A stretch of DNA of 64,000 nucleotides from Berkelbacteria bacterium GW2011_GWE1_39_12 (GCA_001029735.1 CP011213.1:656298-720297); one strand, 5' to 3'; shown: positions 46,757 through 56,944, counted from the stretch's first letter. Numbers and translations are program-made. The notes: generated from the sequence alone by a model not told the origin.

Positions 46757-48142
46757 CTAATCTAGATTTACGATTATATTTTTGGCTAATAATGGGTGTA
46801 CTTCCTTTACTTTTTTGTAAACTTCCTGAGCAATGCGGCGGTAGGAGATGTGACCAGCAGGTCCTGTACGGAGTTTTACGAAATGATAGACTTCTCTTAA
46901 ATTCATCGTGATCAGTGTTCGTTTTTTATACCCAAGCGGCACACAGTATTGAGCTTCCATTGGAAACTTTTTTGCAATTTTTTTGTATGTTTTGTCGGCT
47001 CTTTCCATAACCTCTTCGTACTCATTTTTTAAGCCAGCCTCAACAATTTCTTCGGGGGTGGAATAGCCGTGTTCAGTGGTGGCCAACTGATTGGTTTGAG
47101 TTGCCATACGGTGTCTTTGAATATCGCGGAAGGCGCCATAATCCATTAAGATATCGAATGTGTAAAAAGTATGTTCAAACTCTCGCGGTGCTTGGTCTTT
47201 TCTTTGGATTTTGCTTACAGCTGTGTCGATAATTTTTTCTTTTTCTTTATTACTCATTTTTTTAACTTGCGATCTAATTTGGCTGTAAGGCAGGGAAGAA
47301 TATTTGTAAATCAAGCTCGTCAATACTTTTTCTTCAGCGTCTTCATCGTATTTAACTAAAGTGGTTGATTCAGCTTTTTTAGGATCAATTTTTCCTAAAA
47401 TCTTGTGTGAAAGCAACGATAAGTCTTGGGTTGTGTCTACAATGAAATCATCCTTGGCTGCAAACTTAATCAATGTTGGAATTGTTTTAATTGTTGCCTT
47501 GCGAATTTCTTCGGCGATTTCTTGCAATTCTCCCAATGGTTGGGAAAGCATTTTGGTCACGGCATAATCCAATTGCCTGGCGTTAACAGTCATACCCATA
47601 TTTGTCTGAGTAGCAATTGGTAATAGATAACGACAGCTGTCAAAAACCTTGTTTCGAGTTCGTGACGCATAAAGCTTATCGTCCATTCCCTTTTCTTGTG
47701 GATATTTATTTTCAATAAACGTATACATTTTTTTAACAATTTCGTTGTAAGATTCGAAATAAAAATCGACCGCTTGTTCATAAAGTTTACCTAAGTCGTT
47801 TTCCATCAAAACTTTTGGTTTATAATATCTGTTTCTATCAAACTTTTGGTAACGCGTAGATTTTTCGGTGTAAGAAGCTAAACGGTTATCTTCTAAAAAT
47901 TTGGTAGCCAAAATGGAGATGTTTTCAAAAGCCATTGAGAGTACGGCGTGTTCTGCAACAGACTTGTGTCCGTAACCGATAATCCATTTTTCGTGAAATT
48001 TTCTAGATTTATCAGCATCAAGCTCTTGGATTATTTGATCGAACGGTTCGGGCGAGCGCGAACATTTACCGAATGTAACCGAAACAATTTCTGGATTATA
48101 ACCGACTAATGGATAGACTCTTCTTTTGGCTCCGTATTTCAT
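46757..48142 (-). CDS. thyX: ThyX-family (FAD-dependent thymidylate synthase-like) protein, atypically long (461 aa) with a divergent motif arrangement
   Basis: YGHKSVAEHAVLSMAF (the HxSxxEH motif), ASYTEKSTRY (the SxxQxSxRY motif, but RHR is replaced by DNR here), and a later RDIQRHRMATQTNQ. Lies between tmk and glyA. Confidence 0.55.
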   Translation of the reverse strand: MKYGAKRRVYPLVGYNPEIVSVTFGKCSRSPEPFDQIIQELDADKSRKFHEKWIIGYGHKSVAEHAVLSMAFENISILATKFLEDNRLASYTEKSTRYQKFDRNRYYKPKVLMENDLGKLYEQAVDFYFESYNEIVKKMYTFIENKYPQEKGMDDKLYASRTRNKVFDSCRYLLPIATQTNMGMTVNARQLDYAVTKMLSQPLGELQEIAEEIRKATIKTIPTLIKFAAKDDFIVDTTQDLSLLSHKILGKIDPKKAESTTLVKYDEDAEEKVLTSLIYKYSSLPYSQIRSQVKKMSNKEKEKIIDTAVSKIQRKDQAPREFEHTFYTFDILMDYGAFRDIQRHRMATQTNQLATTEHGYSTPEEIVEAGLKNEYEEVMERADKTYKKIAKKFPMEAQYCVPLGYKKRTLITMNLREVYHFVKLRTGPAGHISYRRIAQEVYKKVKEVHPLLAKNIIVNLD

Positions 48143-48152
48143 TTTTCTCCAA

Positions 48153-49385
48153 TTATTCTAGTGGAAACTTTTTTGCTAATTTTACGACTTCTTTTTCTAA
48201 TTTATTTTTTGCTTCTTTTTTCATTAATGTGGCGGCAATTAATTTTGCCACAATTGTCATTTCCTTTTCTTTCATCCCGCGAGTAGTTAGTGCAGGCGTA
48301 CCAATGCGGATGCCGGAGCCAATAAATGGCTTTTCTGGATCAAGTGGAATTGTGTTTTTATTGCAAATTATGCCAATTTCCTCGAGCATTAATTGCGCAT
48401 CTTTGCCTGTGATTTGTAATGTTCTTAAATCAACGAGCATTAAATGATTATCGGTCCCGTTTGAGACAATCTTAAATCCATGTCCTTGTAATTCTCGAGC
48501 CAAGGCTTTAGCATTTTTGACGATTTGTTTCGCATAAATTTTAAAGTCCGGGTCGAGAGCTTCGCCGAAACAAACTGCTTTTGCCGCAACTTGATTATCA
48601 TGTGGGCCACCCTGTAATCCTGGAAAAACGGCTCGATCAATTTGCTTTTGAAATTCTTTTTTACAAATTATCAAAGCGCCTCGTGGGCCGCGCAATGTTT
48701 TATGTGTTGTGCTCATTACAAAGTCGGCATAAGGAAAAGGGGATGGATGAGCGCCGCCAATTACAAGACCGGCGATATGTGAAATATCAGCCAATAAATA
48801 GGCATTAACTTTTTGAGCAATTTCAGCAAATTTTTTAAAGTCGATTGTTCTGGAATACGCAGTAGCGCCGCAAATAATTAATTTCGGTTTTTCTTTTTTG
48901 GCGATTTTTAAGATCTCGTCATAGTCTAACATTTCAGTTTTTTCATCGACGCCATAGAAAGCAAAATCAAAAATTCTGCCAGGAAATGATATTGGCAAGC
49001 CATGAGTAATGTGTCCGCCTTGATCTAATTTCATACCCATGATTTTGTCGCCTGGTTCTAAGACAGAGCTATAGACAGCTAAGTTGGCAGGGGAGCCCGA
49101 GTAAGGCTGAACATTAGCATGCCATTTTGTTGGCGAAAGCTTAAACATTTTAAGAGCACGATCTTTGGCAATTTCTTCAATTTGATCAACATAAATTTCA
49201 CCGGCATAGTAGCGAGCGCCTGGATAGCCTTCTGAATACTTATTACTTAAAATTGAGCCCAGTGCTTCGCGAACTTCTAAGCTGGCATAGTTTTCCGATG
49301 GAATTAAATCGATTGTTTCATTTTCGTATTTTTCTTCAGCGGAAATCAACTTAGCGATTTTTGGGTCTTTTTTTGAGATGGACAT
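48153..49385 (-). CDS. glyA: Serine hydroxymethyltransferase
   Basis: LIPSENY, GYPGARYY, and PLP-lysine region STTHKTLRGPRG. Confidence 0.9.
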   Translation of the reverse strand: MSISKKDPKIAKLISAEEKYENETIDLIPSENYASLEVREALGSILSNKYSEGYPGARYYAGEIYVDQIEEIAKDRALKMFKLSPTKWHANVQPYSGSPANLAVYSSVLEPGDKIMGMKLDQGGHITHGLPISFPGRIFDFAFYGVDEKTEMLDYDEILKIAKKEKPKLIICGATAYSRTIDFKKFAEIAQKVNAYLLADISHIAGLVIGGAHPSPFPYADFVMSTTHKTLRGPRGALIICKKEFQKQIDRAVFPGLQGGPHDNQVAAKAVCFGEALDPDFKIYAKQIVKNAKALARELQGHGFKIVSNGTDNHLMLVDLRTLQITGKDAQLMLEEIGIICNKNTIPLDPEKPFIGSGIRIGTPALTTRGMKEKEMTIVAKLIAATLMKKEAKNKLEKEVVKLAKKFPLE

Positions 49386-49401
49386 TTAGTGTCCTTTCTA
49401 A

Positions 49402-49938
49402 TTACATTTTGTCGTAGGTTTCCAATTCATTTTTTAAAACTTCTAATTTAATTTTAGCTTTTTTAAACATTGCCCTAGTGTCTTTGGCCGCATTATATTT
49501 TTTTTCACAGACTACTCTTTTTATACCACAATTTATGATCATCTTGGCGCAATTTACACAAGGCTCATATTTTCCATAGAGTGTGGCGCCTTCAAGAGCT
49601 ACCCCTAATCTAGCAGCCTGGCAAATTGCATTCTGTTCCATATGAATGGTTCTTACGCAATGAGTGGTCATCTCGCCGTTTTCATGTACGGTTTGTTTTA
49701 GCTGGTGACCAACATCATCACAATGAGGGAGTCCTTTTGGAGAGCCAACATAGCCTGTTGTTAAAATTTGCTTGTCACGAACAATTACACATCCACCCCG
49801 GCCACGATCGCAAGTGCTACGTTTTGCGACGGTTTTAGCTATTTCCATAAAGTATTCGTCCCAATCAGGACGGATATATTTTTCTGCTTTCTCTTCTACT
49901 TTTTGTTTTTTTTTGTTTGTAGCTTTTTTTCGAGGCAT
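49402..49938 (-). CDS. Deoxycytidylate (dCMP) deaminase
   Basis: Zinc ligands in VRTIHMEQNAICQAA (HxE) and YEPCVNCAKMII (PCxxC). Confidence 0.8.
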   Translation of the reverse strand: MPRKKATNKKKQKVEEKAEKYIRPDWDEYFMEIAKTVAKRSTCDRGRGGCVIVRDKQILTTGYVGSPKGLPHCDDVGHQLKQTVHENGEMTTHCVRTIHMEQNAICQAARLGVALEGATLYGKYEPCVNCAKMIINCGIKRVVCEKKYNAAKDTRAMFKKAKIKLEVLKNELETYDKM

Positions 49939-49946
49939 TAAAGCTC

Positions 49947-50501
49947 CTATTTATTTTCGGTGATTATTTTATCGATTGTTTTATACAGGTCTTCCTTAGT
50001 TTTGGAATTATCAATTAAATAATCTGCGTTTTCTTTGCAATAAGAAAGTACTTGCGAACTTTTGCCAGACATTTCGAGATCTTCTCGGTGTTTAAGATCT
50101 TCTAAACTCATTTGCTGTTCCTCGATTTTTTCCGGATCATTTTCACTTCTTTTTTTCATGCGTTCAAAACGTAATTCTATTGGAGCATCGACAAAGATTA
50201 ATTTAAAGTCTTCGATAGTATGTAGATAGTCAACTTCGCCTGGCTGCCTGACAGACGATAGGGCAAGATTCTTTTTTGTTTTTTCTTTAACAGCTTTTTT
50301 TGCTAAAGCGCCTGGACCAATTTTTTTTAAAAATTCATTTCCTAATATCCGAAGGTTTTCTCGTTCTACGGTTAAGCCACGACGACGCGCTTCTTCTCTT
50401 AAAATATCAGAACATGAAATATGTTGAAAATCTTTTTCAATTAAATATTCGGCGATTGTGTCTTTGCCGCCACCGAAAGTACCGGAAATTCCTAGTATCA
50501 T
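49947..50501 (-). CDS. P-loop nucleoside/nucleotide kinase (unclassified; CoaE- or dNMP-kinase-like)
   Basis: ILGISGTFGGGKDT is a Walker A motif. At 184 aa it is the size of an NMP kinase and sits inside the dTMP cluster. Confidence 0.45.
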   Translation of the reverse strand: MILGISGTFGGGKDTIAEYLIEKDFQHISCSDILREEARRRGLTVERENLRILGNEFLKKIGPGALAKKAVKEKTKKNLALSSVRQPGEVDYLHTIEDFKLIFVDAPIELRFERMKKRSENDPEKIEEQQMSLEDLKHREDLEMSGKSSQVLSYCKENADYLIDNSKTKEDLYKTIDKIITENK

Positions 50502-50545
50502 ATTTTTCTCCTGAAAAATTCCGCGATGAGCTTTAGCTTATCCAT

Positions 50546-50971
50546 TTATCTCCTGCCTGTGCTGCCAAAGCCGCCAATGCCACGGCTGGTTTTAGTTAAT
50601 TTTTTTACTTCAACTATATTAGCTGTAATAATCGGCTGAATTAATAACTGGGCAAGTTTATCGCCTTTGTTAATTTCATATGTTTTATTACTTAGATTAA
50701 TTAAAATAACTTTGTATTCGCCGCGATAGCCGGCATCAATGACTCCACCTAAGCAATGGATGCCTTCCTTAATTGCCAATCCGCTTTTGTCCCAAATTAA
50801 CGAGACATAATCCTCTGGCAACTCTAAAGCAAATCCAGTAGCAAAAGCATATCGCTCAAATGGTTGAAGAATTTTTGATTCAACAGAAAACATATCCATT
50901 CCAGCGTCATTTGGATGAGCATATGAGAGAATCTTTACATCTTTATTTAGCTTTAAAAATTTAATCTGCAT
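50546..50971 (-). CDS. dut: dUTP diphosphatase
   Basis: AGMDMFS, and GVIDAGYRGEYKVILIN (dUTPase motifs III and IV). Start placed at MQIKFLKL. Confidence 0.85.
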   Translation of the reverse strand: MQIKFLKLNKDVKILSYAHPNDAGMDMFSVESKILQPFERYAFATGFALELPEDYVSLIWDKSGLAIKEGIHCLGGVIDAGYRGEYKVILINLSNKTYEINKGDKLAQLLIQPIITANIVEVKKLTKTSRGIGGFGSTGRR

Positions 50972-51079
50972 TTCGCTTCTAATAGTAAAGTTAAGCTTTA
51001 AAAAATGCAAATTTTCAGGTATAATATGGGTGAGCAAAAATTGCTCATCGCGGAATTTCCTTGAAAGGAAAATATTGAC

Positions 51080-51496
51080 ATGTCAATTGCATACAACAAA
51101 AAAGCCAACTTGGAATACGAGATTTTAGAGAAGTTTGAAGCGGGGATAGTTCTTTCTGGTCTCGAAATTAAAATGATTCGTGCCGGCAAAATAAATTTGA
51201 ACGGTACTTATTGTCGTGTTTTAAATGGTGAGATTTTTGTTTTAAATATGCATCTTGGTGGAGTTGATGAACCGGAAAGAAGCCGCAAACTTTTAATGCA
51301 TAAAAGTGAAATCCAATATCTAGCTTCAAAGACAGAACAAAAAGGTTTATCTATTGTCGCATTGGCTGTTTATATAAAAAAAGGAAAGGCGAAGTTAGAG
51401 ATTGGCCTTGCTCGCGGCAAAAAAATATACGATCACAGAGAACAGCTAAAGAAAAAAGATATTCAACGCCAAAAGCAGCGAGAACTCGTGGATTAG
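51080..51496 (+). CDS. smpB: SsrA-binding protein
   Basis: KKANLEYEILEKFEAGIVLSGLEIK matches the SmpB N-terminus, with a basic C-terminal tail. Confidence 0.9.
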   Translation: MSIAYNKKANLEYEILEKFEAGIVLSGLEIKMIRAGKINLNGTYCRVLNGEIFVLNMHLGGVDEPERSRKLLMHKSEIQYLASKTEQKGLSIVALAVYIKKGKAKLEIGLARGKKIYDHREQLKKKDIQRQKQRELVD

Positions 51497-52005
51497 AATT
51501 TATAAATAAAGAAACTTTGTTCTTTTACTTTTATTTTTTTATACAGTTTAAGTTTTTTGATCTCAAAACCCTTAGAAATTAATACAGCGCCCTTTTTAAT
51601 CTCGGTTTCAAATTTGGTGCTTAATTTCTCTAGCAGGTCAGGTAAAAAATAGCAGTAAATTAGGTTAGCCTTTTTTATTTCGGCGTCTTTTACGTTTTTA
51701 AAAATTACTTTTATCTTTTTATTAGTAAATGTCTTAATTTTAGATAATAAAAAATAAAACGGCGAAATTTCATATCCGATAGCTTCCATATCTAGGTCTG
51801 ACGCTTGTTTTAAAATTTCTCCATTACCAGACCCTAGCTCGCAGAATAGGTTATCTTTTTTGGCAAATAATTTGATAATCTCAGACGTGGTTTTTTTATC
51901 ACTTTGGACGTAAACCGTGCCGAAAATAATAGAAATCAAATTCGATAACTGCCAGAGAAATAAAATCAAGGATCCAATCACAATTAGAATATACAATATT
52001 ATCAC
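51493..52005 (-). CDS. Membrane-anchored class I SAM-dependent methyltransferase (putative)
   Basis: N-terminal TM helix. ELGSGNGEIL is the SAM motif I (E/DxGxGxG). Confidence 0.45.
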   Translation of the reverse strand: MIILYILIVIGSLILFLWQLSNLISIIFGTVYVQSDKKTTSEIIKLFAKKDNLFCELGSGNGEILKQASDLDMEAIGYEISPFYFLLSKIKTFTNKKIKVIFKNVKDAEIKKANLIYCYFLPDLLEKLSTKFETEIKKGAVLISKGFEIKKLKLYKKIKVKEQSFFIYKF

Positions 52006-52109
52006 TCTTAGATTGTGGGCTAAAATATTAAAAATGTAAAATAATCACAAAAGAAAAAAGAGCCAGGTGGCTCTCTTTTCTAAATTTTGTTTTTCTTATC
52101 TTACATTTT

Positions 52110-52742
52110 TTAGTAAATGTAGCCCAAAATCCTACCGTTGCTTGCGGAAATGGTTCTTTGAGAAAGAATTCCGAAGCCTTTGTAGTTCATTTCGTTAAGG
52201 GTAATTTCATCACCATTAACGCCGTCTACCATGGCAACGTGACCGGCACTACCACCTTCAGATGTGACCATAATTGCGCCAACCTGCGGTGTGTTACCTG
52301 TCGCAAAACCAGAGTTTCTGGCACCGCTTAGCCAAGTAATTGCATTACCTGACCAAGGGATGAACCGTCTCGAAGAGACGTAATAGGTGCAATAGCCGTA
52401 AGGAAAGCGGTGAGCGCTTTCGCTAACGTTAGATGCAACTACTGGAGCAATTGCCTTACGAGTTACACTCGTAGCTTTTACTACAGTTTTGGGTTTCTTA
52501 ACTGGCACTTCAATGGTAATTTGCGTTTCAGTGACTAACGGTTTTTGAATGAATTCTGTCGGCACAAAAACGTAGGAAGCTGAAGCTTGATCCACATTGC
52601 TATTAGACACAACCGGAGCAACATTTTCGATCGCTTTTTTAGCGTTCGCGATGTTGTTCCAGGAGCTATCGGCCGCATGCGCTTTTGGCAAGCTCATGAA
52701 GCTTAGTCCGAATAGGGTAGTGGCTGCAAAAATACCAAGCAA
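52110..52742 (-). CDS. Secreted CHAP-domain cell-wall hydrolase
   Basis: Signal peptide. FPYGYCTYYV (catalytic Cys region) and GHVAMV (His region) are typical of CHAP amidase/peptidase domains. Confidence 0.7.
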   Translation of the reverse strand: MLGIFAATTLFGLSFMSLPKAHAADSSWNNIANAKKAIENVAPVVSNSNVDQASASYVFVPTEFIQKPLVTETQITIEVPVKKPKTVVKATSVTRKAIAPVVASNVSESAHRFPYGYCTYYVSSRRFIPWSGNAITWLSGARNSGFATGNTPQVGAIMVTSEGGSAGHVAMVDGVNGDEITLNEMNYKGFGILSQRTISASNGRILGYIY

Positions 52743-53171
52743 AGTCGATGCTTTGCTAAAATCCCGTCCTTTTTGGGAACGATTTTTGTTTTTGAAGGTG
52801 CCTTGACTCTGAAATTCTCCTTGTTCCTGTCCCCGTGCGGGGGCTTGTTTCTGGTTTTTTAGTTTAGCCAGGAGCCCCGAGGATTCAGTACAAATAATGA
52901 ACCTCCGATGTGAGTATCAATAACTAAATACCACCCTTGATAAACATTCCCCATGCATTTTTCAACAGGCCCTAAAGCTTGTTCAAAAAAACTTTAATGT
53001 TCATATCAACTATTGATTACTCGATCGATTGCGTTTTTTACAACGCAGTTACTATTTTAACATATGGGTAAAGTTTGTCAACCCCTAGAGGCTAAATTGG
53101 TTTAAATATTGAAAAATTGCTTAAAAAGGGGTAGAATAAAGGCAAGATTAAATGCAGAGTTAGGAGAAAAA

Positions 53172-54182
53172 ATGGAAAATCGCATTAAAATTGATGTATC
53201 ACTCGGATCCATTCTCAAGGTAGCCTTAGTCGTGCTTGGCTTATGGTTCTTTTTTGTAGTGCGAGATGTCTTATTGTTGTTTTTTATCGTCCTAATTATA
53301 GTTGCGGCACTTGGGCCTCTTGTTGATAAAATGAGTAAATTTATGCCAAGATTCCTTTCGGTTCTGATTTTAGCTATTATTTTCTTGGGGATTTTAACCG
53401 CCGTCGGTTTTCTTTTTATCCCTCCTTTGGTTTCCCAGATTAGTCAGTTGGCAGTTAATATCCCGGTGATAGTGAATAAATTGGGGCCAGTATATCATAG
53501 CCTTCAAGCTATTATTCCTAGCTCCCAGAGTAATATCTTAAATCTTTCGTCACAATTGGAAGGGATCACATCGGGGATATACACAACCACGGTCGGCTTT
53601 TTTACTGGGTTAGTTGCGTTATTAACAATTATTGTCATGTCATTTTATATGCTTTTGGAACAGAATTCGATTAAAAGTTTTGTTTACGAAATAGTGCCTT
53701 ATCGTTACAGGGAAGTGGCTGTTGATTTATTAAAAAAGATTTCAGACAAAATGGGCAGTTGGCTCCGAGGACATGTTCTTTTGATGTTAGTCGTGGGTCT
53801 TCTTGATTTCATTGCTTTAAGCTCTGTCGGCGTCCCTTATGCTCTAACTTTGGGTTTATGGGGTGGTTTAACTGAAGTTATTCCTTATATTGGTCCATGG
53901 TTAGGCTTACTTCCTGCGGTAATTATTGCTTTTACAATATCGCCGATAAAAGCTTTAATTATTATTATTGTTTACTTTTTAATTCAGCAATTAGAATCAT
54001 CGTTTTTTGCCCCTAAAATTTTAGGGAAAGCAGTCGGCTTGTCACCAGTAATAATTATCCTAGCTTTGTTAATCGGTGGTAAATTAATGGGGATATTAGG
54101 TGTGATCATCGCTGTGCCTGTAGCTGCTGCTCTAAGCGTACTCTTTCAAGAATGGCCAGAACTCAAGAAAATAAAATCTTAG
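53172..54182 (+). CDS. AI-2E family transporter (PerM/YdiK-like, UPF0118)
   Basis: Eight TM helices with LGLWGGLTEVIPYIGPWLG and GILGVIIAVP, characteristic of PF01594. Confidence 0.8.
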   Translation: MENRIKIDVSLGSILKVALVVLGLWFFFVVRDVLLLFFIVLIIVAALGPLVDKMSKFMPRFLSVLILAIIFLGILTAVGFLFIPPLVSQISQLAVNIPVIVNKLGPVYHSLQAIIPSSQSNILNLSSQLEGITSGIYTTTVGFFTGLVALLTIIVMSFYMLLEQNSIKSFVYEIVPYRYREVAVDLLKKISDKMGSWLRGHVLLMLVVGLLDFIALSSVGVPYALTLGLWGGLTEVIPYIGPWLGLLPAVIIAFTISPIKALIIIIVYFLIQQLESSFFAPKILGKAVGLSPVIIILALLIGGKLMGILGVIIAVPVAAALSVLFQEWPELKKIKS

Positions 54183-54272
54183 TTGTATTTATAAACTCAA
54201 CCGTGTAAATTAAAAACGGTGTTAGCTTAGGTATGTTTGTTGAAACTTAACAACCAAGAGAGGAGGATCCCA

Positions 54273-55370
54273 GTGATTGAAAGCGGGCTACTAGTGCGGA
54301 AACTGAGACTGGAACCTGTTGATACTTCAAGCTGCGCTTACATCAATTCCGGGGTCAAACTGAATGGACGAGGTCCCGAACTTGGTGTCAGGGTGCAGCC
54401 GATTATCAGGATAAATGGCAAGCTTGTTACCGCGAAAGGCGATAAGATTGCACTTTATCGAAGAAACGGTGATGGTTCTTATCATGTCGTAAATGATGAG
54501 TTCGTAACACCTTACGGTAAGTATGATGCAGCTGAAGATCTGATCTTCGACAATATCAATGGTGGTAACTTCGCCACCTGCAATATGGTCGAACCGATTA
54601 AGATCAGTGATTTTCCAAAGGATATCCGCGAGAGATTAATAAATCAGACGCCAGTAGAATTTCGCCATCTTCTTACAGCCGAAAGAACATCAGTTCCTGG
54701 TTACTTCAGAGTTGAGGACAAAAAGGCGATTCAGATTGGTGAAATAACGGCACCTTGGAAATACTATGGGATCAAGAGCTTAACTGAATTGCCACGAGTG
54801 CGGGGAGAAAAGTTCTTTATCGGACGGATTTTTCACTCTCCGTATAGTGATAAACCGGAGATTGTTCTTTTCCATCGGAAGAAAGGCGGAAGGCTTTGTA
54901 CCAACGAGCTAGGTAATTTGGAGCCTGTGGCTTCCTTTGCCGCGCTGGCGCCAAAAGATTCTAACGCTGTGTTAGGCATCAGCTCTGCTGTTGACTTCGT
55001 CGACGGCTGTTGGCTGGTCTTCTTCCATGTAGTGACTTCACTGGAACCAGATCGTGAATATCATCACGGCTTCTTCCTACTTGATCCTGACAACCCAACA
55101 AAAATTATTGCCTTTTCAGAACGAGATGTTCTAAATCCTTCACATTTCTGTTGTGACGGTGACGCTGTCTGTCAATACGCCGTTTACTTCCGGAACTTTA
55201 TTTACAACCCGTATCGGAAGACAATCGAAAGCGTTGTTTCAGCGAGAGATATGGATATCAACCATATTCGTGCCAACTGGACCTCATGGAGGTCTGTCAT
55301 TCGGCCAGTCAGAGGTCGAGAGCTAACTATTAACCTTTCAAACAATAGTCATGCCCGCATTTTAATATAG
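54273..55370 (+). CDS. Hypothetical protein (GC-richer; beta-propeller / glycosidase-like?)
   Basis: GTG start after AGAGGAGGA. 365 aa, no confident motif. Composition differs from the flanks. Confidence 0.35.
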   Translation: MIESGLLVRKLRLEPVDTSSCAYINSGVKLNGRGPELGVRVQPIIRINGKLVTAKGDKIALYRRNGDGSYHVVNDEFVTPYGKYDAAEDLIFDNINGGNFATCNMVEPIKISDFPKDIRERLINQTPVEFRHLLTAERTSVPGYFRVEDKKAIQIGEITAPWKYYGIKSLTELPRVRGEKFFIGRIFHSPYSDKPEIVLFHRKKGGRLCTNELGNLEPVASFAALAPKDSNAVLGISSAVDFVDGCWLVFFHVVTSLEPDREYHHGFFLLDPDNPTKIIAFSERDVLNPSHFCCDGDAVCQYAVYFRNFIYNPYRKTIESVVSARDMDINHIRANWTSWRSVIRPVRGRELTINLSNNSHARILI

Positions 55371-55410
55371 TGCGGGTTTTTATTTCTTTGCATTTCTACT
55401 CGTCTTTTCA

Positions 55411-55545
55411 TATAATTAAGCCGACAGCTTAATTTCGGAAATTTGCACAGCAAATTATAATTAAGCCGACAGCTTAATTTCGGAAATTTGCACAGCAAAT
55501 TATAATTAAGCCGACAGCTTAATTTCGGAAATTTGCACAGCTTAT
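55411..55545. repeat. Three perfect tandem copies of a 45-bp unit (TATAATTAAGCCGACAGCTTAATTTCGGAAATTTGCACAGCAAAT)
   Basis: Identical units start at 55411, 55456 and 55501, followed by a partial fourth. Each contains the TTAAGCcgacaGCTTAA and TTTGCacaGCAAA palindromes and a TATAAT hexamer. Confidence 0.8.
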
Positions 55546-55592
55546 AATTAGCACAAGAATTTGACTCATCATTAATTATTCTTTGGAGCAAA

Positions 55593-56675
55593 GTGAATCA
55601 ATCATCTGATAATCCATTGAGTCTGGATTTTAAATTTAATCTTAAAACTCTGATTGTTATTCTGCTCTTTGCGGTAGGACTTTATTTTTTATTTCCAAAG
55701 CTCATTGGTGTACCTGAAGCTCTGAAATTAATCTTACATGTCAATAAATGGTATTTAGTTTTAGCTTTAATATGCGAATTACTATCCTATGTAGGGGCTG
55801 CTACTCTTTTAGGGGTTATTTTACAGGCTCTAGGCTACAATGTTGGATTATATAAGCGCTTTAAAATTTCTTCAATTGCAGCTTTCGCCATCCATTTTTT
55901 TCCAGTTGGTTCGTTTGGCGAAGGCGCAGTTAATTACTATTTCTTACGCAAAGAAAAAGTAGAAGCCGGGTCAATCTTGTTGATGCTGGCACTTCGAATT
56001 ATTTTTACTTATGCTTCGTTTCTTTTGCTTTTTTTGTATGGCCTAGCACTTGTGCCAACTGTGCCACATCTAGAAGTTTCACCAAAAATAGTTTCTTTAG
56101 TAATTTTTATACTCATTGCCGGATTAGCCATATATCTTTTTTATCTTTACAAACATAAAGATAAGTTTCGTAAAACATGGAATAAATTTTTACGTTTCTT
56201 AGATAACTTCGCCTCTAGGATCAGAGGAAAAGAAATTTCCCAAGCCAAAGAATCAGAAGTATTTGAAGATATTTATAGTGGTATTGGACTGTTTAGTAAA
56301 AAAAAGAGATCATCACTTTACGCACTTTTGGCCGGCATTATGTATTGGATGGGTGATATAGCTTGTTTTTATTTCGTCTTTTTATCTTTTGGCTACCATA
56401 TTTCTTGGGGGGTTTTAATTTTTGGCTATGGAGCTGCGTCACTACTTGGCATGGCATCATTTATTCCTGGCGGTCTTGGAGTTGTGGAAGGAACAATGGG
56501 GTTGATGTACAGCGGTCTAGGCGTACCGAGCTCCTTAGCCTTAATGAGTATTTTGGTCTTTAGATTCTTTTCTTTTTGGATATGGATACCGTTTGGGCTC
56601 TATTCATTTATTAGTATGGGAAAAGAAAAAAAGAAATCTGGTAACGAAAATCTTTCAAATTTCCAAATAAAATAG
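55593..56675 (+). CDS. Flippase-like membrane protein (lysylphosphatidylglycerol synthase TM-region family / UPF0104)
   Basis: GTG start. Eight TM helices with the LPG_synthase_TM pattern (FPKLIGVPEAL...; GEGAVNYYFLRK). Confidence 0.65.
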   Translation: MNQSSDNPLSLDFKFNLKTLIVILLFAVGLYFLFPKLIGVPEALKLILHVNKWYLVLALICELLSYVGAATLLGVILQALGYNVGLYKRFKISSIAAFAIHFFPVGSFGEGAVNYYFLRKEKVEAGSILLMLALRIIFTYASFLLLFLYGLALVPTVPHLEVSPKIVSLVIFILIAGLAIYLFYLYKHKDKFRKTWNKFLRFLDNFASRIRGKEISQAKESEVFEDIYSGIGLFSKKKRSSLYALLAGIMYWMGDIACFYFVFLSFGYHISWGVLIFGYGAASLLGMASFIPGGLGVVEGTMGLMYSGLGVPSSLALMSILVFRFFSFWIWIPFGLYSFISMGKEKKKSGNENLSNFQIK

Positions 56676-56731
56676 AACATTTACGTGATATAATTAGTTT
56701 GGTCGATCAAAATAAATAAGGATTTCCAAAA

Positions 56732-56944
56732 ATGAACAAATTAAATGCTGTCGATTGGATTGCTTTGATTTTGGTCATCATTGGCGCTATTAACTGGGGA
56801 TTGGTAGGTTTCTTCCAATATGATCTAGTTAAAGCGATCTTTGGCGACATGACCACAATGAGTAGAATCGTTTATGACTTGGTTGGTTTAGCAGGTCTTT
56901 ATCTTATCTATCTTGTGATGGTGCTTGGTCGAAAAGAGATGTAA
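56732..56944 (+). CDS. DUF378-family small membrane protein
   Basis: 70 aa, two TM helices, and INWGLVGFFQYDLV typical of DUF378. Confidence 0.6.
   Translation: MNKLNAVDWIALILVIIGAINWGLVGFFQYDLVKAIFGDMTTMSRIVYDLVGLAGLYLIYLVMVLGRKEM

Noticed and set aside
55411-55545. Possible CRISPR array
   Set aside because: The repeats are contiguous and identical, with no unique spacers. No cas genes nearby.
55349-55591. 80-aa minus-strand ORF (LCKFPKLSCRLNYNL x3)
   Set aside because: Pure translation of the 3 x 45-bp tandem repeat.
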